A stretch of DNA of 63,516 bases, the filler included, from Octopus bimaculoides (lineage: Eukaryota), in NCBI RefSeq assembly GCF_001194135.2. It is 6 parts of 6 records of this genome, joined end to end, with 100 filler letters (N's around TTAATTAATTAA, not from the genome) between each part and the next. Parts side by side here need not be neighbours in the genome. Positions count along the whole stretch, not along the records: positions 1 to 23,623 come from NC_068982.1; 5 more parts are not named here. One strand, given 5' to 3'. The notes beneath the pieces are model-generated. The model was not told where the DNA came from. It saw nothing but the letters and a program-made list of their open reading frames with translations, and made no database searches. Positions 1 to 10,598 of the stretch are shown piece after piece. Made by a program: the position numbers and the translations under genes. The first letter of the stretch is position 1; each line of letters starts with the position of its first letter.

Positions 1-330
1 AGCTTGCCTTCCCTATTTTCTTCTTAGTTCTTTCTATGGTGTTCCATGATTTGCTCCTATAGAGTGGGCAAATCCCATTCCTATCGTTGCGTTTGATTGT
101 TTCAAACTTCTTCATAGCTCCTTTGTAAACCCTGATCCTTTCTTTATGGCTGTAACCCGAGAACTGCATGCGGTGGACGAAATGTTGTATATGTCTCTTT
201 AATTCTGTAGGGTCGCACTTGCAGGAGACATTTCGCATTACTCTGACGAGGTCTGCCATCAATATGTTGAATTTGGCATTGTCCGCGACAGAGTCAGAAT
301 TTCTTATAATGAATTTTACTCGGTTTATTC
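1..330 (-). mobile_element. Penelope-like element (PLE), C-terminal RT/thumb region; open frame runs off the window start
   Basis: Manual minus-strand translation gives about 110 codons with no stop: INRVKFIIRNSDSVADNAKFNILMADLVRVMRNVSCKCDPTELKRHIQHFVHRMQFSGYSHKERIRVYKGAMKKFETIKRNDRNGICPLYRSKSWNTIERTKKK. The pattern K..IL...L.R.MRN.S...H...F..RM..SGY....R....PLYR.K.W is typical of the PLE RT thumb. It is absent from the ORF track, probably because its stop lies outside the window. Confidence 0.7.
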
Positions 331-1000
331 AATTCGAGACAATTATTATACGTCTGTCACCTCATCGCTATGACTTTAGGTTCCTAATCTGGTTATAAAA
401 TGTGGTGAGAGTAGTACTAAGTTTCATGTGATTATTCAGGCTCATAAAATGTTCATATGGTAAGGTAATACTATTGCGTTAAAAAATCCACAAATCCACA
501 AACATTTCGACGTTATAATAAGAGTTATTGAGTTGAAATTATTATCCTGACAAGTCTATGTATTCTGCGTCTACTTAGAAAAGGATTTTCCAATTTAAGA
601 TGGTGTTTGTAACTTAACGATAGCTATCTGACAATGACCAATTGCAGCCAGGAACTATATTTATATACTAAAAATAGATAAAGTTTGGAAGGTCTATTTC
701 GCTTTTTGAAATTTTCTATCTGCAGTTATTTTTGCAAGATGTGATGTGATTCTCGTCTATAGATTATTCGACGCATTACGAAATTCTTAATTATATCTGT
801 AAGCTTTTCGAACCAACTACACGGCATTGAGATTATCTCCTTTGTCACCAAATGTGTAGCATTATATGAACCACGTGACCTGTAATAACGAAGGGTTAGC
901 TTGTAGTAGTTTGAAGGCGAAATAGCATTATGTGAACTTCGAGGGTATAATCAGGAGAAACATTTCTAGGCACATTATTTGTAATAAACTCGTTTATCAT

Positions 1001-1398
1001 TATTTTGTTTCTAGGAATAATTGCTCCATTGTTGGGGATTGACAAATTAATGTTGTACGGTTAACATCCCATGACTTGCATAACTTATTGAATCACATCA
1101 AACAATGAACTTCAAATTCGATAGCATAGGATCCATACCATATTTCTTGTAGAACATAGATTTGATAAGACCTTTGACAGGAACACTGTTAGATTGTCAT
1201 TCTACAACACCTAACCTTGCGTAAAACATTGCATCTCAATTAACAAAAAAATAATAATGGTGCTGCAAACGTTGGTAGCAGCTGAAATTCCAATAATTAT
1301 TATGTTTGTAGGAATAATTGCTGAATTGTTAGGGGTTGTCAAATTAATGCTGTATGGTTAAAATCCCATGACTTGCATATCTTATTCAGGCATATCAG
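1001..1398 (+). repeat. About 95-bp direct repeat (copies ~1001-1095 and ~1299-1393, spacing 298 bp)
   Basis: ctaggaataattgctccattgttggggattgacaaattaatgttgtacggttaacatcccatgacttgcataacttatt versus gtaggaataattgctgaattgttaggggttgtcaaattaatgctgtatggttaaaatcccatgacttgcatatcttatt. Confidence 0.9.
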
Positions 1399-1520
1399 AA
1401 TCCGAGAAATCGGCCTTATTATACAGGCACTAAATGTCTTGGCTATTCTCTATCTAATTCTATAAATCTTACTCTTATATAGCGAGTGTTTGAGCTTTCA
1501 TAAAGAACTATTAGGCGTAA

Positions 1521-2535
1521 TATTAGGTCGTCAAGTATGAAATTTGTAGTAAGGTATATGGTAAACCATGACTGCTGCTCATTTGCGCAGTTATTATATT
1601 TTGACAATCTTTATCTTTTGTTAGAAAGCTGACACATTTATTCTAATTCATTTTGCACTTCATAAAGTATTTATATCTTTTTTGCTAGTGTTTAGAGATG
1701 GACAAGTCGGAAATTCGTACAGTTTTGAAGTATGAGTTCTTTCTTGGAAACACAGCATCACAGACAACTCGGAATATTAATGGAGTATTTCATTCCAATG
1801 TTATTACACAACAGACAGTATAAAATTGGTTTGCAAAATTTCGATCTGGTAGCTTTGACCTCACAAATGAGCAACGCGGTCGACCAGAAACAAAGGTGGA
1901 TAATGAGGAACTGAAAGCCACCGTCGAGTCAGATCCATCTCAAAGTGCCCGTGAGTTATCGTTGCTGTTTGGTGTTAGCAAGCAAACAATATTAACTCAC
2001 CTAGTTCAAACCGGTAAGGTGTAAAAGTTGGATAAGTGGGTTCCACATGAACTCAATGAAAATCAGAAACAACGTTTGGAAGTCTGCATTATGCTACTTT
2101 CTCGTCACAAATATGAATCGTTTTTGAATCGAATTCTAACATGTGAGGAGAAATGGATCCAGTACAACAACCATAAACGTTCAGCACAATGGTTGGACAA
2201 AGCCGAGCCACCAAAACACAGTCCAAAAAACGAAATTCATCAAAAGAAGCTGATGGTGTGTATTTGATGGTCTGGCGCAGGAGTGATCCATTATGACTTC
2301 ATTAAACCTGGTTCATCAATCACGGTCGAAGTATACTGCAGCCAACTGGACCAAATGATGCAAAAACTTACAAAAAACAGCCAAGATTAGTCAACAGATC
2401 CACTCCTATTTTATTGCAAGACAACACCAGACCACACATCACAAAAATGACATTGGTGGAACTACAGGAGTTGGAGTTGGAAGTCCTCCATCATACTCAC
2501 CTGATCTTTCCCCCCACTGACTACCACTTCTTCCA
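1521..2535 (+). mobile_element. Mariner (DD34D) transposon, decayed; 5' TIR plus transposase pseudogene, 3' end replaced by a SINE tail
   Basis: TA followed by a TTAGGTCGTCAAG TIR-like start at 1521. ATG at 1698 gives MDKSEIRTVLKYEFFLG...WFAKFRSGSFDLTNEQRGRP...KLDKWVPHEL...ILTCEEKW...LLQDNTRPH...YSPDLSPTDYHFF. There are three in-frame stops and at least two frameshifts. Confidence 0.95.
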
Positions 2536-2688
2536 CTTTCTCTCACTCTTTCCTCCTGCATCTAGCAGCCCACCTACGAAGGGCTGGCATCGCGTCTAGG
2601 TGGGGAGCCTATATACCAATGAAACCGGGAAACCGGCCCTTATGAGTCAGGTATAACTCGAGAATGAACAAAAAACAAACAACAACTA
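2531..2688 (+). mobile_element. 5'-truncated SINE 3' module (tail variant iii)
   Basis: ctttctctcactctttcctcctg matches the central-domain end of the SINEs at 18465 and 22419. A distinct tail follows (gggctggcatcgcgtctaggtgggg...gaaaccgggaaaccggcccttatgag) ending in (CAA)n. Confidence 0.7.
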
Positions 2689-2928
2689 CGTAACCACTTT
2701 TCATCGCAACACACACAAACTCTATGCACTAATAGCATTTTCTATTCAAAAGACAAGAATAAACATGATCCATTCTGGCTTTGTTTTCTTTTTACTTGTG
2801 TATGAATACAAACATCAACTTATTTTCAGTTAAACTGCAATACGTAGATATTTATTATGGGAAAACGTATTTTATATCTTTATTTCCTTGCATAGAAAAA
2901 CATACAATAAAACTATTTAACCCTTATG

Positions 2929-3300
2929 TTAAAAAATTAAACTTGTTTTAATTGCACAAGAAATATATAGGTATATAAGTAAAACTCCTAAAATAGATGC
3001 AACTGCATTGGATGGTCCATTATACCTACCCATTAGATATTGACTAATTTTGTTATCATTGCTTATTTGAACAGCATCTTGGTCATTTCTTTTCAGCGTG
3101 TACTTGATTACGTACTTAATTAACCTCACTCTCACCAAGGCAACGATTGCAACGTTGCATTGGCATTTGAATGCTCTTAAAAAAGTTTGATCATAAGGTA
3201 CGATCCATTTGTTGTTGATTGTTTTTTCCATTCTTGTGAGATTCAACTCGTCCCATTGCAACTGATCGTTTATATAGCGATAGTCTCTCCATCTGTTTTT
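2929..3300 (-). mobile_element. Helitron Rep-domain remnant
   Basis: INNKWIVPYDQTFLRAFKCQCNVAIV...IKYVIKYTLKRNDQ...ISQYLMGRYNGPSNAVASILG matches the Helitron Rep consensus DNRWIVPYNP.L...FNCHINVE....KYV.KY..KG.D...EI.QY...RY.GP.EA.WRI.G. Confidence 0.85.
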
Positions 3301-3652
3301 CTGCCTTTTGATTAAGATGATAAATATTAATATTTTATTTTAAATAAAATAGTTATTTCCCTTTGTAACAAAAAAACATCAAGTACTCGTGATTAAGAAA
3401 TATCTCATAATAATATAGGGAACATTTCTATCTTTCATTCTACGGCACTCCGAATGTTGTGTAAATGATTAAGGGGAGAAAAAAGAAAGTAAGAAAAAAG
3501 GGCGGACGGCGGTAGGTACGACTACTCTTTGAAGTGTGGCACCCCAAATGACGTTTTCAACTTGAGTTTTTATTTTTTTAAAGATTGAAACACTATTTTA
3601 TTTGTAATCGTTATCATCTTAATGAAAGGTGAAGAAAACAAGCAGACAAACT

Positions 3653-3776
3653 TTCGGAAAGGGAGTAAGTCCATAATATCGATCCCAATAATGAAGTGGT
3701 ACATAATCTATCGACCCCAAAAGAATGAAAAGCCAAGTTGACGAAATGCCGCGAAGTATTTTGTTCGGTACCCAAG
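3653..3776 (-). mobile_element. CORE-type tRNA-derived SINE, internally deleted copy
   Basis: Reverse complement contains the core ttttcattcttttggggtcgatagattatgtacc and lacks the B-box segment. Confidence 0.85.
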
Positions 3777-3920
3777 CGTGTTTTAATATAATCTATATAT
3801 ATATATAAAGAGGAATAAAAGCATGCATATACAAACATACAAATAAATATATATATATATATATACGTACTTTCACACATGGAAGATATGGAATAAAGAG
3901 TACACTTAACAAAAAGCAAC

Positions 3921-4081
3921 AGTTTTCAAATTTGGTTACAAGGCGGACAGTAGGGACTAGTCGATTACATAAATCCCAGGACACAACTAGTACTCATTTT
4001 ATCAGCCTCTAGAAAGATGGAAGGCAAAGTCAATCACGGCGGAATTTGAACTCAGAACGTAAAGACTGACGAAATGCCGTC
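3921..4081 (-). mobile_element. CORE-type SINE
   Basis: Antisense B-box and core signature gcaaagtcaatcacggcggaatttgaactcagaacgtaaagactgacgaaatgccg. Confidence 0.9.
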
Positions 4082-4111
4082 TTGAAAAAGCTATTAATAT
4101 TCGTTTCAAAT

Positions 4112-4280
4112 AAGGCGGTGATCTGGCAGAATCGGTTGGGTACCGAGCAAATTGCTTCGCGGCACTTTGTCAGCTTGGCTTTTCATTCTTTCGGGGTCGA
4201 TAAATTATGTACCACTTCATTATTGGGGTCGATATAATGAACTTACTCCTTTTCCGAAATTGCCAAAATTTGAAACCAAT
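4112..4280 (+). mobile_element. CORE-type SINE with the same internal deletion as 3653-3776
   Basis: aaggcggtgatctggcagaatc head, core ttcattctttcggggtcgataaattatgtacc, tail tgccaaaatttgaaacc. Confidence 0.9.
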
Positions 4281-4286
4281 ATTGAT

Positions 4287-4464
4287 GGCTATCTGACAGA
4301 ATCTGTAGCATACTGGGCAAAATGCTTAGCGGCATTTCGTCGACCCTGAAATAATAAAAGTCAAAGTCGACCTCGGCGGAATTTGAACTTAGAAAGTATA
4401 AACAGACAAAATGCCGTTGAGCATTATACTAGGCCTGCTAAGGATTGTGCTTTGTTGCTGCCTT
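4287..4464. mobile_element. Fused fold-back SINE: + strand head (4287-4340) joined to an antisense copy (4338-4464)
   Basis: ggctatctgacagaatc...gcttagcggcatttcgtc is followed directly by gaccctgaaataataaaagtcaaagtcgacctcggcggaatttgaactt...gctgcctt. Confidence 0.75.
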
Positions 4465-4480
4465 AAGCAGTTATTAGTAG

Positions 4481-4694
4481 TGGTTTCAAATGTTGGCACA
4501 AAGCCAGCAATTTTGGCGGAGTTGGTAATCGATTACATTGATCCCAATACTTGACTGGTACTTATTTTAACGACCACGAAATAATGAAAAGCAAAGTTAA
4601 CCTCGGTGGAATTTGAACTCAGAATATAAAGACAGACAAAATACCACTAAGCATTTTGCACGACATTCTAACGCTCCTGCCAGCTCTCTGTCTT
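4481..4694 (-). mobile_element. CORE-type SINE, near full length
   Basis: ggtttcaaatgttggcacaaagccagcaattttgg...gactggtacttattttaacgacc...cctcggtggaatttgaactcagaa...ctgccagctc. Confidence 0.9.
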
Positions 4695-5220
4695 TGAGTA
4701 GCTCGTATTATTGGTTGCTATTTATATTATTACTCTTTTTTACTCTGCTTATAGCGACCTGCTTTTTTGATTGGAGCCATTTTTAATGTGCATACAGCAG
4801 CATAGTATTTGGTGTACTATAATATTGAGATGAAACATGTGCGGCCCTTATTTTTGCTGAGACCACACAACCGGCAACGTTTTGCTTTAACGAATTACCN
4901 NNNNNNNNNNNNNNNNNNNNNNNNNNNNNNNNNNNNNNNNNNNNNNNNNNNNNNNNNNNNNNNNNNNNNNNNNNNNNNNNNNNNNNNNNNNNNNNNNNNN
5001 NNNNNNNNNNNNNNNNNNNNNNNNNNNNNNNNNNNNNNNNNNNNNNNNNNNNNNNNNNNNNNNNNNNNNNNNNNNNNNNNNNNNNNNNNNNNNNNNNNNN
5101 NNNNNNNNNNNNNNNNNNNNNNNNNNNNNNNNNNNNNNNNNNNNNNNNNNNNNNNNNNNNNNNNNNNNNNNNNNNNNNNNNNNNNNNNNNNNNNNNNNNN
5201 NNNNNNNNNNNNNNNNNNNN

Positions 5221-5293
<73 letters not shown>

Positions 5294-5558
5294 TATGTGT
5301 GTGTGCATGCGTGTTCTTATCGTTCACAAAACAAAGTCAAACGTATTGAAATAGAAAACTTTGTGCTTGAAGATATCTACGAGGTAAGTATAAGTAATTT
5401 ACTTTGATTTGGCACAAGATAATTTTGCAGAGAAAAAGGTAAATTCAGTCACCAGGAATTAGTAGGCAGACAGAAATGAAATAGCGTTCGACTAATTCTT
5501 AACCTGTATTTACTTATGGAGTTTTACGTCTGTATTCGATTATATTTTCCTATTTTAG

Positions 5559-5634
5559 ATGGAGGGCTGGCAGTCGTAATGACATTTTCAGTCGATCACG
5601 CACTGGAGAGATTGATGCGGCTGATGATATGCAG
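5559..5634 (+). CDS. Candidate internal coding exon (76 nt), product unknown
   Basis: Acceptor tattttcctattttag, donor CAG|gtcaat (weak +3 to +6). The frame (R)WRAGSRNDIFSRSRTGEIDAADDMQ is open and the segment is GC-richer than its flanks. No homology recognised. Confidence 0.3.
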
Positions 5635-6449
5635 GTCAATATCTGTTGCTTCTCAACTTCGTCCAGAGTATCAATATTATAATATTTCAAAGCGCTGTGC
5701 TGTTTTCCTTGAACTGTCTGGCTTTTTGCTATGTAGTGAAAACGTTATTCTTTTAGTATTATGTAAGCTTTTTTTTTCCTCTGATCTGAAGTTTGGTTTG
5801 AGCTGAATTCATGACTATGCTTTCTTTCAATCGTTCACAGATTCAAGTACGCTCGGTTATGCGCCAAGAAGAACGCTTCTCAGCGGCTCTTCAACTTGCA
5901 AGCAATAGCAAATAAATACCTTTAAAACTAACTTTACGAAACACTAGGAAATGTAGTTTTTGACACTCTTAAATAGATGGACTGGCCATGGTAGGAATAC
6001 CAATATTTTAGAGGTTTGTTTGAAAAGGGTGTATATGAGCCTAAAAAAAATACAGAAATAAATTTTCTGTGAGAAAAAGTCAATAAAAAGTCCATGTAGG
6101 AAGTGTCAAGCATTTAAACTAAACTCATCGATTGAATTGATTCTAATATGTTGTTGTTTCGTAGAAATCTGCTACATAAGATAAGATTGCTTACGGCAAA
6201 CCGAGATGGCGATACGGATTGTATAAGGCATTTGAGTTCACTTATGCTTTTAATATATTTATGAAAGATTAACTGTAAACAATATACTACTTCGATCTCC
6301 ATTAGATATATAGGATTTTATCCCTTGTGAAAGCAAAAATATTAAAAGAAAATAAAAAAAGATGCTTAGCATATTTTTTAGTGAAGCTTATTTAACTGAA
6401 CAAGGTACATCTGGAACCCAAGTGAAACAGATATTCCTATACAATGGCC

Positions 6450-6592
6450 GCTGCAGCAGCAACAGCAGCAACAAGGACAACAAGAACAACAACAGCAACA
6501 ACAACAACTACTACTACTACTACTACTAGTAGTAGTAGTTGTAGGAGGAGGAGGAATAGGAGTAGGAGGAGGAGGAGGAGGAGGAAGAGGAA
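6450..6592. repeat. Compound trinucleotide array (CAG/CAA/CTA/TAG/GAG)
   Basis: Read directly from the sequence. Confidence 0.95.
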
Positions 6593-7136
6593 TCGCTGTA
6601 TTTTTCTTAGATCTTTTTGTCAATATTTGGACAATACACTATCCGCTATTTTCCCGTTTGGACTTTGAGTTTATCCGAGCTAGCGGCTAATTAGACTGTC
6701 ATTTTCTTCTCTTGACCTCTCTAGCGTTTCTCACTTACACATCCCAAAGACGTTACCAAATATGTCCTTCAATTGTTCCTTTCTAAAATTGCAAACGTTT
6801 GAAGAACATCGGTACAAACGTCAATCTATACACAAAAAATCCATACAGACAGACAATAACTGCACACTATTACGCCTCTTTACAATAAACAGTACAAAAG
6901 TGGTGCTTATTTATATTCTTACTTCATTGGCGTGAGTAATTATGTGGAAAATTGTCTCTAAATTATTAGATTCTGATCCTCATGAGGTGACCTATTAACG
7001 AATATGTATATACAATCCAGCATAGATCCGACTTACGAAATTTTAGAAATAAAGCAAAACTTAGCTATAGGAATATGTCTAGCAATTATATTAAATATTA
7101 TTACATTAATATATAATTATTCTACGTACAGTAGAT

Positions 7137-7268
7137 ACAGGGCCTGAAATTTGGGCGAAGAAGTCTAGTCGATTACATCGTACCCAGTGCTCCACTTGTA
7201 CGTATGTGATTTTGATCGAAAGAATGAATGGCAAAGTCGACATTGGAGGAATTTGAACTCAGAACATA
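7137..7268 (-). mobile_element. CORE-type SINE, partial
   Basis: ggcctgaaatttggg...gtcgattacatcgtacccagtgctc...gcaaagtcgacattggaggaatttgaactcagaac. Confidence 0.85.
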
Positions 7269-10200
7269 GATTAATATATAATTGCATATGTAAGTATAAA
7301 CATATCTAGCCACTGAAAGTAAACAAGGCATAATGTCATACATAGTAAAGGCATTAACAAATCTACATTTAGAAATTAGGAATATTCTTTCGATATAAGC
7401 AGAAATGAATGAACATATTGTAATAGGAAACATTTGATTATAAACACGAGCTTACACAAAAGTATCCAACCTGGAGATCGAATTATTAATCCAGAAAATT
7501 ATTATTGTAATTTCAATAATTAATCCGGCATATTAAATATAAAATAGAACTGCCACAAAGATTTTATACAGAAAACTTTAAGCAATTTACTTATGGAGGT
7601 TTTTTTCTTTACATTTCTTTGGTTTTTCAAGTAAGTATGGGGTAACAGATCTAATCGAAAATAATATATTCTACCTACGTCTATAAACATATTGACAAAT
7701 ACGGAGATCTCCATTAAATCTCCATCAAATGTAGCTTCGTAATATACAAAGCCGGATTAAGATTATCGAATATCATGTCAACAAGCATTTTACAAATCCA
7801 CTATAATTGTATTTCTCCACAAACACATGTATACAAACACATTTATTTATATATAAAAGGATGTTCTAATTTTATGCTTTACGACGTTTTCTCTCTTCCT
7901 ATATTCTTAAGATAGCTTCTTAAGTTTGCTTCATAAAACTAGACCACAGCTTTTCATTCAATCAACATATCTGTATCACTATATAACTATTTTCCTATAT
8001 ATATATATATATATATATATATNNNNNNNNNNNNNNNNNNNNNNNNNNNNNNNNNNNNNNNNNNNNNNNNNNNNNNNNNNNNNNNNNNNNNNNNNNNNNN
8101 NNNNNNNNNNNNNNNNNNNNNNNNNNNNNNNNNNNNNNNNNNNNNNNNNNNNNNNNNNNNNNNNNNNNNNNNNNNNNNNNNNNNNNNNNNNNNNNNNNNN
8201 NNNNNNNNNNNNNNNNNNNNNNNNNNNNNNNNNNNNNNNNNNNNNNNNNNNNNNNNNNNNNNNNNNNNNNNNNNNNNNNNNNNNNNNNNNNNNNNNNNNN
8301 NNNNNNNNNNNNNNNNNNNNNNNNNNNNNNNNNNNNNNNNNNNNNNNNNNNNNNNNNNNNNNNNNNNNNNNNNNNNNNNNNNNNNNNNNNNNNNNNNNNN
8401 NNNNNNNNNNNNNNNNNNNNNNNNNNNNNNNNNNNNNNNNNNNNNNNNNNNNNNNNNNNNNNNNNNNNNNNNNNNNNNNNNNNNNNNNNNNNNNNNNNNN
8501 NNNNNNNNNNNNNNNNNNNNNNNNNNATATATATATATATATATATAATATGCACGACTAATATATATATATATGTTTATTTAACACACCCAAATCAAGT
8601 GTTCCTATGTCCAGGTATTCGTTAAAGTCAACTGGAAAATGAATAGATTTGAGGGCTTTGTGTTAAATTCGTAAGTCCTAAGCATAGATGACACTATTTC
8701 ATAAGTTATATAGGTAATACGTAAGCTGCATTCTGCTATATATATTATGTATTAAACACGAACGTTGAATCTTTTCAATATCATTATGAAAGTACAAACT
8801 TCATGCAGGTAATTCAATAAATATTTTTTAAAATAGATAGCAATAGATGTTAAAAGAGTAATGTACAATTTCAACACTCGGTGATGGACGCCTCTTACAG
8901 CAAGTTTTCAGAGAATTACCACTCAGGTTGACATATATCTTCATTATACCATAAATATATTCTTTGAATGTTTGGCGTTTTTGCGGCTATGTAACGTATA
9001 TTGGAAAGTTTTACGTCTATGTAACATATTGGAAAGCTTACAAATCAGCGATGCCCGTGCTTGCACCTTTTTAAAGTGAGAAAATGTCTACGACAGGGAC
9101 AGTGCCTCTCTCTAAAAATGTATTCATTTTCTCAAAAAGAATTTGGTAGAAGCAAAATCCTAATGTAACGTAAGCGACTTTGTACCCAGTTGTGCAGGCA
9201 AGGTATTCTTTTGGATATACAGAAATGCATGCATGCATCAACACATCTGGTAGTTGCAGACAACTTTTCGTTCGGGCGAAAAACATGTTCCTGTTGGGTT
9301 TTCAAATTGGTGGTATTATATGTCATTGACATACCTTGGCATAAATCACACTACTTTTTGGTCATGGAGTAGAATTTGAACACAATATTCGTAAACATTC
9401 CAAAATGCATCACGATCGGCACTTTAACTCTTCTGCAAATTCGCCTTATGTATATGCATATATATGTACATATATATATGTGTATATGCATCTGAATATA
9501 TATGTAAATTTTAACTTACTGATTTAAACTTATATTACTTAACATTGTGTAAGCACAGATTGCACTAGCATATTCAAATAAAGAAATTAAACAATGCTTT
9601 TTGGTGTATGTATTTGTGTTTCCATTAGTCAGTCTGAGTTTTATTGATACTCTGCTATGCAACTACGCTTGATAATTCCATGAAATGCCCCATGTCGTAG
9701 AGACGACAGTATATTAGTTCCAAATAGTGTACAGTTTTATGAATTGGCAGTTCAGTGACGACGTTTATAAACAGGCGAGTTAACTCCCTAAATCTCACAT
9801 ACTGGTTACGTTGCAAAGTCCATTTTCTATAGCGACACCATTTCGAAACCGATGGTATTAGAATATAGAAAGCTAGCATAAGAGCCAACGATTTGAAGGT
9901 AAGTTTTACGCTACACGTGCATTGATTCAGGTATAAGGAGTGTGTAAGTTCCACTTCCGTGTCCAGTTTCACAGGTCTTGGAAGCAAAGAAAAATCTCTA
10001 ATATCGACATAGAGCATGCTTGATAGGTACCTTTCTTACACACATATAGTAATAGCAACAGTGTTATCCACTTCTTAACAATGTAATCAAAATTAAAAGC
10101 CGGTTCATCTCTGTGAATCACTTGTAGCAGGTGGAAGATATCTCTGTTTTACATTAATAAATCCATTTAATAAATCTATAAATGAAATTGCAGACGATCG

Positions 10201-10451
10201 ATGATATGCGCAAATGGAAACAGACAGCAAAACTTAAAAGAATATAGAAACATTCTTCTGTTGAGTGAAAATTATATTTGCATTGGAGACATGTATTTAT
10301 AATTAATACCCGGTTGCTAATCTCTATAAGAATATTGTACCTCCGTGGTTTGCAACATCCGTTTTTAAAGCACAAATAAGACTAAGTAGATCCATTCGGA
10401 TTTGTCAGGCGTAGTTATTTTCTCAATAAAACATGAGTGACATCAGTATCA

Positions 10452-10550
10452 GTCGATAAATTCGATCCTAGTATTTGACAACTAGTTTATTTTATCGACT
10501 CCGAAAGTATGGAAGGCAAATCTGTTCTCGATAGAATTTAAACTAATAAC
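10452..10550 (-). mobile_element. Degenerate CORE-type SINE
   Basis: ttattttatcgactccgaaagtatggaaggcaaa is a core variant. Confidence 0.6.
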
Positions 10551-10558
10551 ATAACGAA

Positions 10559-10598
<40 letters not shown>

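Noticed and set aside
6378-6668. Poly-P/T/S/C and poly-A/T/R ORFs
   Set aside because: Translations of a compound microsatellite.
6739-6782. Minus-strand 44-nt exon-like segment (KEQLKDIFGNVFGM), phase-compatible with 48814-48869
   Set aside because: Short pyrimidine tract; matches of this quality are common by chance in AT-rich DNA.
9833-9898. Segment between ttttctatag and a perfect AAG|gtaagt donor
   Set aside because: Stops in all three frames; a non-coding exon cannot be excluded but nothing supports it.
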